DNA from: an uncultured virus (IMG/VR IMGVR_UViG_3300033463_000096)
Lineage: Duplodnaviria > Heunggongvirae > Uroviricota > Caudoviricetes
Length of the DNA: 20,000 bases
Virus record (IMG/VR): IMGVR_UViG_3300033463_000096
Span: 51,834 to 71,833 of that record
Direction: 5' to 3' (one strand)
In this document: positions 1 to 8,078 of the stretch, one piece after another
Position numbering within the stretch: position 1 is the first letter of the stretch
Layout: each line of letters starts with the position of its first letter
The notes under the pieces: model-generated
Told to the model about the DNA's origin: nothing
Database searches by the model: none
What the model saw: the letters and a program-made list of their open reading frames with translations, nothing else
Program-made: the position numbers and the translations under genes

Positions 1-291
1 GCCACGAAGAACGGCAACCTTGCCTAGCTTATAGAATACATCTTCATAATTGAAATGTTCGCTGCTATCCTTAATCTGGATAAGCATCTGCTTGATTTTC
101 TTATCTGGAACATCGTTGGTAGCAAGATAGGTCTTTTCGCCATTATCGTCTTCGTAGTAATACTTGCCTTCGTCGTCCTTTTCAATGTGGTCTCTATATT
201 TGGACAGCGCCTTTGTGTCCTTACCTGCGATGGCTTTTTGTATTCCTGTCTTAACAGGATCCTTCTTTGTTTCTTCTGTCTTTTCAGCCAT
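1..291 (-). CDS. Hypothetical phage protein, 5' part (runs off the window start)
   Basis: Not in the ORF track. My translation from ATG 291 (AGGT just upstream) is open to position 1: MAEKTEETKKDPVKTGIQKAIAGKDTKALSKYRDHIEKDDEGKYYYEDDNGEKTYL...KLGKVAVLRG. It directly follows regA. Confidence 0.75.
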   Translation of the reverse strand, partial: MAEKTEETKKDPVKTGIQKAIAGKDTKALSKYRDHIEKDDEGKYYYEDDNGEKTYLATNDVPDKKIKQMLIQIKDSSEHFNYEDVFYKLGKVAVLRG

Positions 292-298
292 ACATTAC

Positions 299-703
299 CT
301 ATTCATTGCTAAGGTTTTTCACATTAAATTTCTTGATAAGTTGCCAGTTATGTTTTTCAGCATGTGGCAAAACAAATATGCGTGTTTGGTGTTCTTCAAT
401 TTCTTGCGGTTCTACAACCTCAATCATGTTCCACTTAACAAGGCAATATGCAATAGAATTTCGTCTTTCAAGATCTTCAAGCGATACATTGCCAAATCCA
501 GGATACCCATCCTTACCGCGGCTCAAAACAAACAACTGCTTGAAATGCGCAAGATAATAAGTGTCAAACTGCTTAAGCAGATGGCATGATTGGTATAGCA
601 CCTTATTCTTATTATCAGGTATGCCCATTCGGCTCAGCGTTTCTTCAACGATCCACGCATCAACCTTCAATCTTACTTCTAGCAACTTATTCGTACTTTT
701 CAT
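299..703 (-). CDS. regA: T4-like translational repressor RegA
   Basis: ETLSRMGIPDNKNKVLYQSCHLLKQFDTYYLAHFKQL and RRNSIAYCLVKWNMIEVV...W.L..K match T4 RegA as I recall it (ETLTRMGIANNKDKVLYQSCHIL...YYIVHFKEM...RRDSIAWLLEDWGLIEIV). Confidence 0.93.
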   Translation of the reverse strand: MKSTNKLLEVRLKVDAWIVEETLSRMGIPDNKNKVLYQSCHLLKQFDTYYLAHFKQLFVLSRGKDGYPGFGNVSLEDLERRNSIAYCLVKWNMIEVVEPQEIEEHQTRIFVLPHAEKHNWQLIKKFNVKNLSNE

Positions 704-705
704 CT

Positions 706-1146
706 TTAACCCAATGTCAGAGGTTCAGGCTGCCAGTCAAATTCCTTCACCTCATTATCAAAAATTATTCTAGCAGTAGCAACTGGGTCAAGCTCTTCAT
801 CGCCATAACCTAGGAATTCACCGAGCAAGATATCTCGCAATGTTTTATAGCGAACTAACTCGGTTTCACTTAGCTTGCTAAAGCCGTAATGTTCATATCC
901 ATTCTCACTGTATATTTTCTGAATTTCTTCACGCAGCTTCGTAATGTTCAAATGATGATTATTGAAGAACAAGATTTTTTCGTCGCCAATAATCTTAGCA
1001 TTCCAAGTCTTCGGATTAACTTGTTTCAAAACATCAGCAGGTCCATGCTGGTCATTAACCACGGGCTGTTCTTTAATGTCCTCGCGGTTATATGTCTTGT
1101 TCATGTGCATCTGAACATACTGTGTAAATGTGAGTTTATTATTCAT
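706..1146 (-). CDS. Hypothetical protein (146 aa)
   Basis: Tightly packed ORF with AAGG RBS and an AATAAATA box 16 nt upstream. No family recognised. Confidence 0.7.
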   Translation of the reverse strand: MNNKLTFTQYVQMHMNKTYNREDIKEQPVVNDQHGPADVLKQVNPKTWNAKIIGDEKILFFNNHHLNITKLREEIQKIYSENGYEHYGFSKLSETELVRYKTLRDILLGEFLGYGDEELDPVATARIIFDNEVKEFDWQPEPLTLG

Positions 1147-1167
1147 ACTTAACCTTTGTTGTATTTA

Positions 1168-1572
1168 TTAAGCAGAAATGACTCGTGAGAATTTGTGATA
1201 CTGATTATCTCCATAAAAGTATGGTATCTCGAGCTCAACAGCATGATTGGCTGAGTCAACATTCACATTTGTATTTGGACGGTCAATGCGAACACCCACC
1301 CACTTTTCAATCATCTGGAAAACTTCTTCAACAATTTCTTCGGCGTCACCTTCGTTCTGGAACAAAAGACGGTAGAATGGTGACCAGAAGTCAATGTTGA
1401 ATAAGCGTTCATAAGGCTCGGTTACGATAACTGCTTCAATGGCCTGGTCAAGAGCATCAGTTCCATACACCTCAGCCTTGACACTAAGATCATCGCCGTT
1501 AATGTCGCGGTAAGGGTTTTCACCGTATGCACCGTAATCTTTAAAGTCATTATTTGCTGATAATGGTAGCAT
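1168..1572 (-). CDS. Baseplate wedge protein, gp25/GPW-like
   Basis: 134 aa. ALDQAIEAVIVTEPYERLFNIDFWSPFYRLLF resembles the gp25 pattern AI.QSI..I..T..GER.F.PDFG..L...LF, followed by IEKW...RI. Confidence 0.75.
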   Translation of the reverse strand: MLPLSANNDFKDYGAYGENPYRDINGDDLSVKAEVYGTDALDQAIEAVIVTEPYERLFNIDFWSPFYRLLFQNEGDAEEIVEEVFQMIEKWVGVRIDRPNTNVNVDSANHAVELEIPYFYGDNQYHKFSRVISA

Positions 1573-1573
1573 A

Positions 1574-1936
1574 TTATCCTCTCAACTGAAGCCATGTTTC
1601 AGGCATGTTAAAAACAACAGAACCAATCTTGTGAGGTCCTTTGCCAGCAATAACCCTGACATCAAATAACCTCACGCCTTGAATGGTTTCCTTTTCTGCG
1701 ACTACTTGGAATGTATAAGGCACATTGTCAAGTGTTTCGGAATAAGCCTTGTCTCCGACTTGTATTGGCCTATCTTCAACAGGCGTGTTTTGAAGTGATG
1801 GGAAATCATCCTTCACTTCTTGTGCCTTTTTCACTTCCTGATAGATTTGTGCTCTTATCCAATCAGGTGTTCGCTTGTTCATCGCTATGCTTTTACAAAG
1901 TTCATACAGAATATCTCGCTGAATTTGTTCTTTCAT
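1574..1936 (-). CDS. Hypothetical protein (~120 aa)
   Basis: The track starts at 1954, but ATG 1936 (MKEQIQRD) has a GAGG RBS and begins right after the stop of the upstream gene at 1938. Confidence 0.65.
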   Translation of the reverse strand: MKEQIQRDILYELCKSIAMNKRTPDWIRAQIYQEVKKAQEVKDDFPSLQNTPVEDRPIQVGDKAYSETLDNVPYTFQVVAEKETIQGVRLFDVRVIAGKGPHKIGSVVFNMPETWLQLRG

Positions 1937-1937
1937 A

Positions 1938-3332
1938 TTAAACCTCTGTGACAAGTTCGCTTTCTCTAATCATATCGTTGACCTGGGTCCACTTTTCTTG
2001 GCAGTGTTGCTTAAGATCTTCGTCTCCTTCAACTGAAATACGAATTGCGGCACGAAGTGCTGAAATGATCCTGCCGTTATAGTAGAAGGCATCGGGCATG
2101 TCCATTGACTCATCACCATCGGTCGAGTATTCTTCTGGTTCTGGCAATGTTGTCCAGCCGAGCATATCGTTTGAATAGCCCTTCATTGTTGCTGGGTCAT
2201 TGATGTCAATAGTTTCTTCAACACCGTTCAAGCTCATCTTGATGATACCGTTCTTATCGTCAATTCTCATGCCGCCGATAACATATTCAGTGCTTGTTTC
2301 AGGTGGGAGCTCTTTGTGCTTGCCGAGGAATGCTTCTGCAAACTGGTCGCCCTTAACTGAGAAGTAATGGACCATACGGTTCTTCTTCCAGTTGCCGTTC
2401 TTGATATCGGTCCAGCTCATGCCGCCTGGGAAAACATTCTTTGACAAGTTGAATGCCTTTGACGCTGCTCGTGTATCACTTGGACTAATCAGTGCATCAA
2501 CTGCTTCTTGCAGAACATTCTTTGAATTGTTCAGCTGGTTGATGCGTGAGTCAAATGTATTCATCATCTTGTTTGCGGTAGACGCTTCTAGCTTGTAGTT
2601 GCCATTGCCGCATTCTTCAATATGCATCTTAGCAAGTGAATCAGTATAGAAGTTTCTTGTAGAGCTAATTGAGGTGCAAGAATCGGTCTGGTCAAGAATA
2701 CAGTTGAAGAATTTCTTGAGCTTTGCCATCATATCAAAGATACCGCTGTCAATCAGCTTATTGATGTAAGACTGAATCATACGGCGGATATTGTCCTTCT
2801 TGCGTTCAAGCATATTCAAGAAGCCTTCAATCTGTTCCTTATAGAAGTTCAAGAGCTTCTTAATTGCTGACAAGCCGAAATTGAAGGTAAAGCCGAAATT
2901 ACAGATAGTGTCCATAAATCCGTTATAGTCATTGATGATTTCATTGACGAACTGTTGCTGTTCCTTCGTAATGACACCTAGCTTAATAAGTGTCTTACAA
3001 ATCAAGGAGTTTGAGTCAGTCAATTCTTCAATGAAGATATTACATTTATACAAGTTATTACAGAATGCCGATTTCTTCTTACCTGTTTTTGGGTCTGTCT
3101 TATATCCGTCCCACAGCAAGTCAACCAACTTTTTCTGTAAGACTCGTATCCCATTTAAGATAGCTTCTACGGCAAGGTCAACGGTAAACTTAAGCAAAGA
3201 CAAGATAGCATCAAACGCCGTATTAAGCATTTGAAGCGTTGTCTGTGCTAGAGCAATACCGACCTGTAGAGCCGCCTCCACTAGCAAGAAGGTTCCATAA
3301 ATGTATTCACAAAAGATGCTACCTGGACTCAT
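1938..3332 (-). CDS. Hypothetical protein (464 aa), helical hydrophobic/amphipathic N-terminus, possibly tail or baseplate associated
   Basis: Long ORF coupled by TAATG to the upstream tube-like gene. Function is inferred from context only. Confidence 0.7.
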   Translation of the reverse strand: MSPGSIFCEYIYGTFLLVEAALQVGIALAQTTLQMLNTAFDAILSLLKFTVDLAVEAILNGIRVLQKKLVDLLWDGYKTDPKTGKKKSAFCNNLYKCNIFIEELTDSNSLICKTLIKLGVITKEQQQFVNEIINDYNGFMDTICNFGFTFNFGLSAIKKLLNFYKEQIEGFLNMLERKKDNIRRMIQSYINKLIDSGIFDMMAKLKKFFNCILDQTDSCTSISSTRNFYTDSLAKMHIEECGNGNYKLEASTANKMMNTFDSRINQLNNSKNVLQEAVDALISPSDTRAASKAFNLSKNVFPGGMSWTDIKNGNWKKNRMVHYFSVKGDQFAEAFLGKHKELPPETSTEYVIGGMRIDDKNGIIKMSLNGVEETIDINDPATMKGYSNDMLGWTTLPEPEEYSTDGDESMDMPDAFYYNGRIISALRAAIRISVEGDEDLKQHCQEKWTQVNDMIRESELVTEV

Positions 3333-3988
3333 TACTGCACACTCCAGTGGTCATAATGAATTGTCATTGACAATTTTAGACCGTCTTCACTATCATAACT
3401 AACCGAACCGCCAGTATCAACATTTGTGATAACGGGGTTCTCAAGAACAAATCTTTTGTATATCCTGCCGTCAATGGTTCTCAAAGTTATCCAGATGTAT
3501 GAGAACATCGGTTCAAATTCTGGATGTGTATAATCGTATTGAAGTGTGTCAATTCTCTTGTGTGCAAGAATATCAAGCAATGCCTTCTTTCTTGTTCCAG
3601 GTTCATCTTGGCCTAGCTTATTCGTATTGCCTCTAAGCCAGAACTGCAATTCACTTTCGCCTGAATAGTCACGGCAAATTGCCTTTGTCATTTTTGAACC
3701 AAGGAAGAAGAATTCCTTAGTCTTCGTTTCAAACTTCGGAAGGTCAGCCTTGACACACATGAATGTTGGGTCAGTAGATACATCATCAAGATTGTATCTT
3801 GCTTTTGCTTCAGGTGTAAAGAAAAAGTCAACTTCAAACATCCAGCTCGTTTGCGGCTGGTCCCATGAAGGCTGCATCTTGTATTGCGGAGCAAACTGTG
3901 TCTGCTTGCTCTTCAAGTACTGACCGAGCTTTTCGTCAGATGCGTTATGCAGATCTTCTGCGTTAAATCCTTTAGCGTCCTTCCACAT
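3332..3988 (-). CDS. Tail tube-like protein (T4 gp19/gp54 family)
   Basis: Tube-fold pattern: MFEVDF...CVKADLP.....F.G......R.YSGE.ELQF...F.LEN.....V....VSYDSEDGLKLSMTIHYDHW. Confidence 0.65.
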   Translation of the reverse strand: MWKDAKGFNAEDLHNASDEKLGQYLKSKQTQFAPQYKMQPSWDQPQTSWMFEVDFFFTPEAKARYNLDDVSTDPTFMCVKADLPKFETKTKEFFFLGSKMTKAICRDYSGESELQFWLRGNTNKLGQDEPGTRKKALLDILAHKRIDTLQYDYTHPEFEPMFSYIWITLRTIDGRIYKRFVLENPVITNVDTGGSVSYDSEDGLKLSMTIHYDHWSVQ

Positions 3989-4596
3989 TATTTACCTGCG
4001 TCTTCCGCTCTGTTGTGACGACGCCATAGCATATAGTCGTATGCTATTCTAGCAGTCTTCGTAATCACATCATCATCGGTTGTGTAATTGAACTCTTCTT
4101 CATTGATACTTACAAGAATACAGTTGTGAAACTCGATGTCAGCGACAACCTTCGTTTCACTATCATTAGCGCCTACCGTATAACCCGGCTTCAAAATCTG
4201 CAAATGCAAGGTGCGGTCAGTCTTATTGAACTGCTGATTATAAATGTAGTTGCCCTGACCTGTAAAGAAATGGTCATTCGAGCACTCACCGTTGAACAAT
4301 TCTTCAAGAATATGAGAAATGCTTAAATTTGCATCCTCGTTAAATGTAATGTTCAATTCACCAGTATTTTGAACACGGCCTGGGAAGTTTGCTTCCATGC
4401 CTGCGTAATATGTCTTAACGATTGACGTTTCACGCTTTCCCCACTGACAATTAACGATAGCGCGGGTAAGCTGGTTAGCATAATAGGTTTGCTTCTTGTT
4501 AAGAATAAAGTTTTCAAAGTTGACCGAGAAACACCATTTGGGCAATGGTTTGTAATTCTTGTAAAAAGGGTTATCCCAAATTGACTTTATTCCCAT
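3988..4596 (-). CDS. Tail tube-like protein (T4 gp19/gp54 family)
   Basis: Likely start ATG 4596 (MGIKSIW, AAGGA RBS, AATAAATA boxes upstream) rather than 4692. Motifs YYAGMEANFPGRVQNTGELNITFNED and IEFHNCILVSINEEEFNY..DD....TARIAYDY. Confidence 0.7.
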   Translation of the reverse strand: MGIKSIWDNPFYKNYKPLPKWCFSVNFENFILNKKQTYYANQLTRAIVNCQWGKRETSIVKTYYAGMEANFPGRVQNTGELNITFNEDANLSISHILEELFNGECSNDHFFTGQGNYIYNQQFNKTDRTLHLQILKPGYTVGANDSETKVVADIEFHNCILVSINEEEFNYTTDDDVITKTARIAYDYMLWRRHNRAEDAGK

Positions 4597-4610
4597 ATCA
4601 TTTTCCTTTT

Positions 4611-4627
4611 TATTTATTGTATTTATT
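4611..4627 (-). promoter_or_regulatory. Putative T4-type late promoter boxes (AATAAATA x2)
   Basis: AATAAATA on the minus strand at 4611-4618 and 4620-4627, one mismatch from TATAAATA, just upstream of the tube gene start at 4596. Confidence 0.5.
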
Positions 4628-4639
4628 CTTTGTTTGATA

Positions 4640-4954
4640 TGGGGAACCGGAGACTGTAAGCCCGGTGGCGAGCTTACCGTCAATGTATCCAATCTTTGTT
4701 TTGACTGGGTAAACCGTATGACGTTGTAAGTAGACTTACTTATAGGCTTACGGAGCGGTCAACCTGTATTCCGGCTACATCCTATAATGCTATTGGCGGC
4801 TGCATGTACTACTTGCTAGGTACTACTTCGCTATTGCATTAGTCGTTCGTTGAAATGGGTAAGCAATTCTACCCGAACGGCGTCCCTCTACCGATACTCG
4901 CATTGAGTTGCTGTTCGTTCCGAGGAAACGGCTTAAAATTTTGTTCGGGTAAAA
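4640..4954 (-). ncRNA. Candidate structured non-coding RNA, unassigned
   Basis: ~310 nt gap with no credible ORF and several helices: 4867-4878/4943-4954 (12 bp, with a G-U valid only on minus), 4740-4746/4781-4787, 4726-4730/4735-4739, and an H-type pseudoknot 4656-4661/4672-4677 plus 4646-4650/4662-4666. Confidence 0.45.
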
Positions 4955-4974
4955 ATATAAAAAAGATTTTTAAG

Positions 4975-5006
4975 AAAACAAAGACTGCGGTTTTAATTCC
5001 GCAGTC
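4975..5006 (-). terminator. Intrinsic terminator after the acidic zinc-finger gene
   Basis: Minus strand reads GACTGCGG-aattaaaa-CCGCAGTC-TTTGTTTT. Confidence 0.7.
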
Positions 5007-5035
5007 CCTGAAAATTTATGTCCGCAGTCTAACTA

Positions 5036-5467
5036 TTAGAGATCGTCTTCTAGGTCGAGATCAGACAAATCGTCTTCTTCTCCACCTTCAAGATCGTCTT
5101 CACCAGCGAGGTCATCTTCTTCCGGTTCAATGACGTTCAAATGAGCGCCGCAAACTGGGCAGACACCTTCTTCTGGGTCAAAGTCAAATTCTGCTTCGTC
5201 AATGGCAACTTCACCTGTTCCGCCGCAAGTTGGGCATTCGGTTTCGTTTCCATCTTCGTCTGTGATAACGCCGGTTCCGCCGCAGTCCGGACAAGGAACC
5301 ATTTCAGGTTCTTCACCTTCTTCTGCGCCATCTTCAGCTGGTTCATCTGTAGGAAGATCTTCAGCACCTGCGTCTTCAGCCGGTAGCGGAAGTTCATCAT
5401 CTTCCACAGCTTCATTCATGAAACGGCAAGCACGCTTGCACTGTTCAAGGAATAATTTATCGTTCAT
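5036..5467 (-). CDS. Highly acidic protein with DnaJ-type CxxCxGxG zinc finger
   Basis: CPDCGGTG and CPTCGGTG plus CPVCG, embedded in D/E-rich tracts. GGAG RBS upstream. Confidence 0.8.
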   Translation of the reverse strand: MNDKLFLEQCKRACRFMNEAVEDDELPLPAEDAGAEDLPTDEPAEDGAEEGEEPEMVPCPDCGGTGVITDEDGNETECPTCGGTGEVAIDEAEFDFDPEEGVCPVCGAHLNVIEPEEDDLAGEDDLEGGEEDDLSDLDLEDDL

Positions 5468-5503
5468 TGTGATCTCCTATAAAAATCTATTGGTTTATTT
5501 TAT

Positions 5504-6208
5504 TTATTTTGCATACATTTTAAGTGCATCATAAATCTCATTCTGCACATATTCAATGTTGACATCAAATCCTTCAGTTTTCAACTCGCTTTGTAATGCG
5601 GTTGCAGCGCGTTTGACGGCGGCCTTTAGGCTGTCAGATAGATAATCAAATCTTTCAAGATATTCTTGAGAAGGGCGGTTATTGACCGTTAAATCTGGCA
5701 CATTGTCGCTGATTTCACGAGCATATATTTCCTGTGCCACTGAATATACCTTATCAAGCAAGTATTCAGACAACTTGTTTTCATCTAGCTTGACGCTTTC
5801 TGAAAAGCGTGGTGTCGGACGCTTAAATGAACCCAGATAGCGAACATCTTTGACGATGTCATTTAGAAGTTCTTTTAGGTTAACGTAATTCTTATCATTG
5901 TAAATGAATATGGTTCCGCCAGTGCTGCCCTTAATACCTTCATAATATCCATCAGCTTCAACTCGCTGTAAAGCAGGCTTAATCTTTACCTTGACAGTAT
6001 TCTTGCCATGATAAACATATACGATGTTGCCCGCAGCAACATTACATGACCAGCCATCACGACCACCAAAGTCAGGGTCAAATTTCTTATATAATGCGTC
6101 TACGATATCTTGAGCAGTGAACTTTTTCCAGTTATCAGGAGTACCCATCCAATGTTCAGCAACAAGACCTGCACCTTCAAGTGTTTTTAATGCTTCATCC
6201 AATTCCAT
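5504..6208 (-). CDS. Hypothetical protein with shared leader MELDEALKTLEGAGLVAE (putative head-internal protein)
   Basis: 234 aa ORF. The N-terminal leader is shared with the segments starting at 6825, 8572 and 9341. Confidence 0.75.
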   Translation of the reverse strand: MELDEALKTLEGAGLVAEHWMGTPDNWKKFTAQDIVDALYKKFDPDFGGRDGWSCNVAAGNIVYVYHGKNTVKVKIKPALQRVEADGYYEGIKGSTGGTIFIYNDKNYVNLKELLNDIVKDVRYLGSFKRPTPRFSESVKLDENKLSEYLLDKVYSVAQEIYAREISDNVPDLTVNNRPSQEYLERFDYLSDSLKAAVKRAATALQSELKTEGFDVNIEYVQNEIYDALKMYAK

Positions 6209-6828
6209 TATTTACCCCTTACTTCTGCAATAATTTCATCAACGAAAGCAATGATGTCTTCTTCGTCAAGTACCTTCTTGAAGCTCTTCTTGCGTCCACC
6301 AAATTCAGCCCAGCCGTCAACCACAAATTTTCCGGTATATCTACTAAAGGTATCTCTAGGCATAAATGCTATTGCTTTATCTGTTTCAGCATAAGGTGTT
6401 TCTTGCTGTTCAGGTGTCACATACCAGTCAATTCTCCAACCGCCACGGCCAATATCAGGTCCGCAGGCAAACTTAATCCTATGATAGTTTTGAGCAGGAG
6501 CATTATGAGCACCAGAAACAGGATTATAATATCCATCATCGTAGCTCCAGATGTCAACCTTATACTTCTTCTCGATATGCTTTATCATTTCTTCAACTAC
6601 AGGCACGGCACTTTTACGAAGACGAATTGCTTCTTGGTCATACTTGTCTCTGACATACTTGTTATTTCCACCGTATGCCTTTAAGTTAAGACGAAAGTCA
6701 ACCTGTTTCTTCTGTTCTGGTGTTGTAGCGCCATACTTAGCATAAGCTCTTTCACGGTTGGCGTCTATTGCTTCAGCAATCAATCCTGCTTTCTGCAATG
6801 CATCTAATGCTTCGTTTAATTCCATCAC
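6208..6828 (-). CDS. Hypothetical protein with shared leader MELNEALDALQKAGLIAE (putative head-internal protein)
   Basis: 206 aa ORF, ATGA-coupled to the gp53-like gene, carrying the shared leader. Confidence 0.75.
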   Translation of the reverse strand: MMELNEALDALQKAGLIAEAIDANRERAYAKYGATTPEQKKQVDFRLNLKAYGGNNKYVRDKYDQEAIRLRKSAVPVVEEMIKHIEKKYKVDIWSYDDGYYNPVSGAHNAPAQNYHRIKFACGPDIGRGGWRIDWYVTPEQQETPYAETDKAIAFMPRDTFSRYTGKFVVDGWAEFGGRKKSFKKVLDEEDIIAFVDEIIAEVRGK

Positions 6829-7145
6829 TTATCCTTCTTCCTGTAAATCTTCATCGCTTCACGAGCGATGTTGATGTCTGGATATTTCAAAATCATCTGT
6901 GGGCGAATGTCGTTCCATACATCTGAAATGCCGTTGAACCACATTAGGAACCACCAGTAGTTAGTGGTTCCATAAATGAGCTTTGAAATACGGTCAGGTC
7001 TACCAACATCGTATTCTGAACACTTATACCATTTTACAGGACCAAAGTCAAAATCACCAAAATCCATTGAACCCAAATCCTTTTCAACGATTTGGTCAAC
7101 GGTGTTGGTCTGCAGGAAATTGGTTCTGTATGTCAGGTTTTCCAT
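6825..7145 (-). CDS. Baseplate wedge protein, gp53-like (LysM-like fold)
   Basis: RPDRISKLIYGTTNYWWFLMWFNGISDVW...LKYP matches the gp53 pattern RPD.IS..LYG....WW.....N.I.D. Confidence 0.75.
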   Translation of the reverse strand: MENLTYRTNFLQTNTVDQIVEKDLGSMDFGDFDFGPVKWYKCSEYDVGRPDRISKLIYGTTNYWWFLMWFNGISDVWNDIRPQMILKYPDINIAREAMKIYRKKDK

Positions 7146-7148
7146 ATT

Positions 7149-7265
7149 TTATTTATTCTTTATCTGTTTCAATTCATTTTGGAATTCATAGATGTGTCCA
7201 ATTGGCGCAGTAATGATCTTGCCCCAATCGTCTTTCACGGTAATCTTCTGGTCACCTGTCAGACA
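7149..7265 (-). mobile_element. Atypically short N-terminal split-intein fragment (38 aa)
   Basis: Intein block A-like C-L-T-G-D-x-x-I-x-V followed by x-I-x-x-(L/I)-Y, starting right after FNQEYA and ending at a stop 38 codons later. Confidence 0.82.
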
Positions 7266-8051
7266 AGCATATTCCTGGTTGAAGTGCTTGATACCGTGGT
7301 CGCGGATAATCTTTTCTTTGAATTTCTCATCACGACCGTCAATCTCCCACCACTGAACCTTACAAGGAATAAAGGTATTACGCCCTAACTTTGCGTCGTT
7401 CCAGATATTATAGAAGTGGTTAAATCCTTTCGGTGTGCTAATAAGCAAAAGCATAGCGTCAGGACGAGATGCTTGAGTAGGGAACACAGAGTTCATAAAG
7501 GCATCAGCAGCTTTGTCATCAAGGTGAGCAAATTCGTCCACCAGTTCAAGGTCAACCGTCTTACCACGGATTGACGAAGAAGATGACGCTGCTGAAAATA
7601 CTCTTGTCTTGTTTTCAAGAATAAATTCTGATTGGTTCCATTTGATGATACCCTTCTGCAGCCACATTGGCAGTGAAGTATAGGCCTGCTGAATACGGAA
7701 CATAATTTCATCGGCCTGAGAAGCCTTGTTAGCCAAGATAGCGATAATCTTCGCTGGATGGAACAAAGCATACCATGTAATGTAAAGCGTAGCGATGGTT
7801 GTCTTACCAGACTGGCGACCCATCATAATGATACGGTTGTTTCGGCCAGGTACTTTGGTCGTGATAGCCTTCACCAAACGCTGCTGGTAGCCACGGAGCT
7901 TAATAGGATGAATACCGTCCGCAGCAGTGATTTCAAAGTATTTAGCGAAGTGGAAGATATTACGTTTACACTTCAAATACTCTTGCATCTGCTCGGGCGT
8001 CATCTGAACCTTTTCGCCGGCGGCTCGCAATAATTCGTTCTTCTTAAACAT
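7149..8051 (-). CDS. terL: Terminase large subunit (T4 gp17-like), N-terminal ATPase half fused to a split-intein N fragment
   Basis: Q motif LRGYQ, Walker A MGRQSGKT, Walker B LELVDEFAH, motif III ISTPKG, then FNQEYA. The nuclease domain is absent, and the ORF ends CLTGDQKITVKDDWGKIITAPIGHIYE...K-stop. Confidence 0.92.
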   Translation of the reverse strand: MFKKNELLRAAGEKVQMTPEQMQEYLKCKRNIFHFAKYFEITAADGIHPIKLRGYQQRLVKAITTKVPGRNNRIIMMGRQSGKTTIATLYITWYALFHPAKIIAILANKASQADEIMFRIQQAYTSLPMWLQKGIIKWNQSEFILENKTRVFSAASSSSSIRGKTVDLELVDEFAHLDDKAADAFMNSVFPTQASRPDAMLLLISTPKGFNHFYNIWNDAKLGRNTFIPCKVQWWEIDGRDEKFKEKIIRDHGIKHFNQEYACLTGDQKITVKDDWGKIITAPIGHIYEFQNELKQIKNK

Positions 8052-8066
8052 TATTCAACCTCTAGT

Positions 8067-8078
8067 TATTTATAAATA
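8067..8078. promoter_or_regulatory. Overlapping divergent T4 late promoters (palindrome TATTTATAAATA)
   Basis: TATAAATA on + at 8071-8078 and on - at 8067-8074, each 16-17 nt from its ATG (8095 and 8051) with a GAGG RBS on each side. Confidence 0.8.

Noticed and set aside
4597..4692. N-terminal extension of the 234 aa ORF as called in the track
   Set aside because: It uses a non-ATG start and overlaps the pseudoknot and promoter boxes. ATG 4596 has a good RBS.
4640..4954. tmRNA, RNase P or group I intron identity for the structured gap
   Set aside because: GGGGA at 4641 has no matching T-arm or CCA acceptor end. GAGGAAAC at 4922 is not followed by the RNase P GUCC/P4 pattern. GAGACTG has no proper P7 partner, and no gene is interrupted.
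4855..5133. 92 aa plus-strand ORF
   Set aside because: It crosses a terminator and the antisense strand of a real gene and has no recognisable features.
7150..7157. AATAAATA as a late promoter for the gp53-like gene
   Set aside because: It coincides with the Asn-Lys-stop codons and lies only about 5 nt from the ATG, so it is probably coincidental.
7149..8051. Terminase as a pseudogene or frameshift
   Set aside because: The ATPase motifs are intact, the tail is intein-like, and an intact gp53-like gene starts 4 nt after the stop, leaving no room for a frameshifted nuclease domain.
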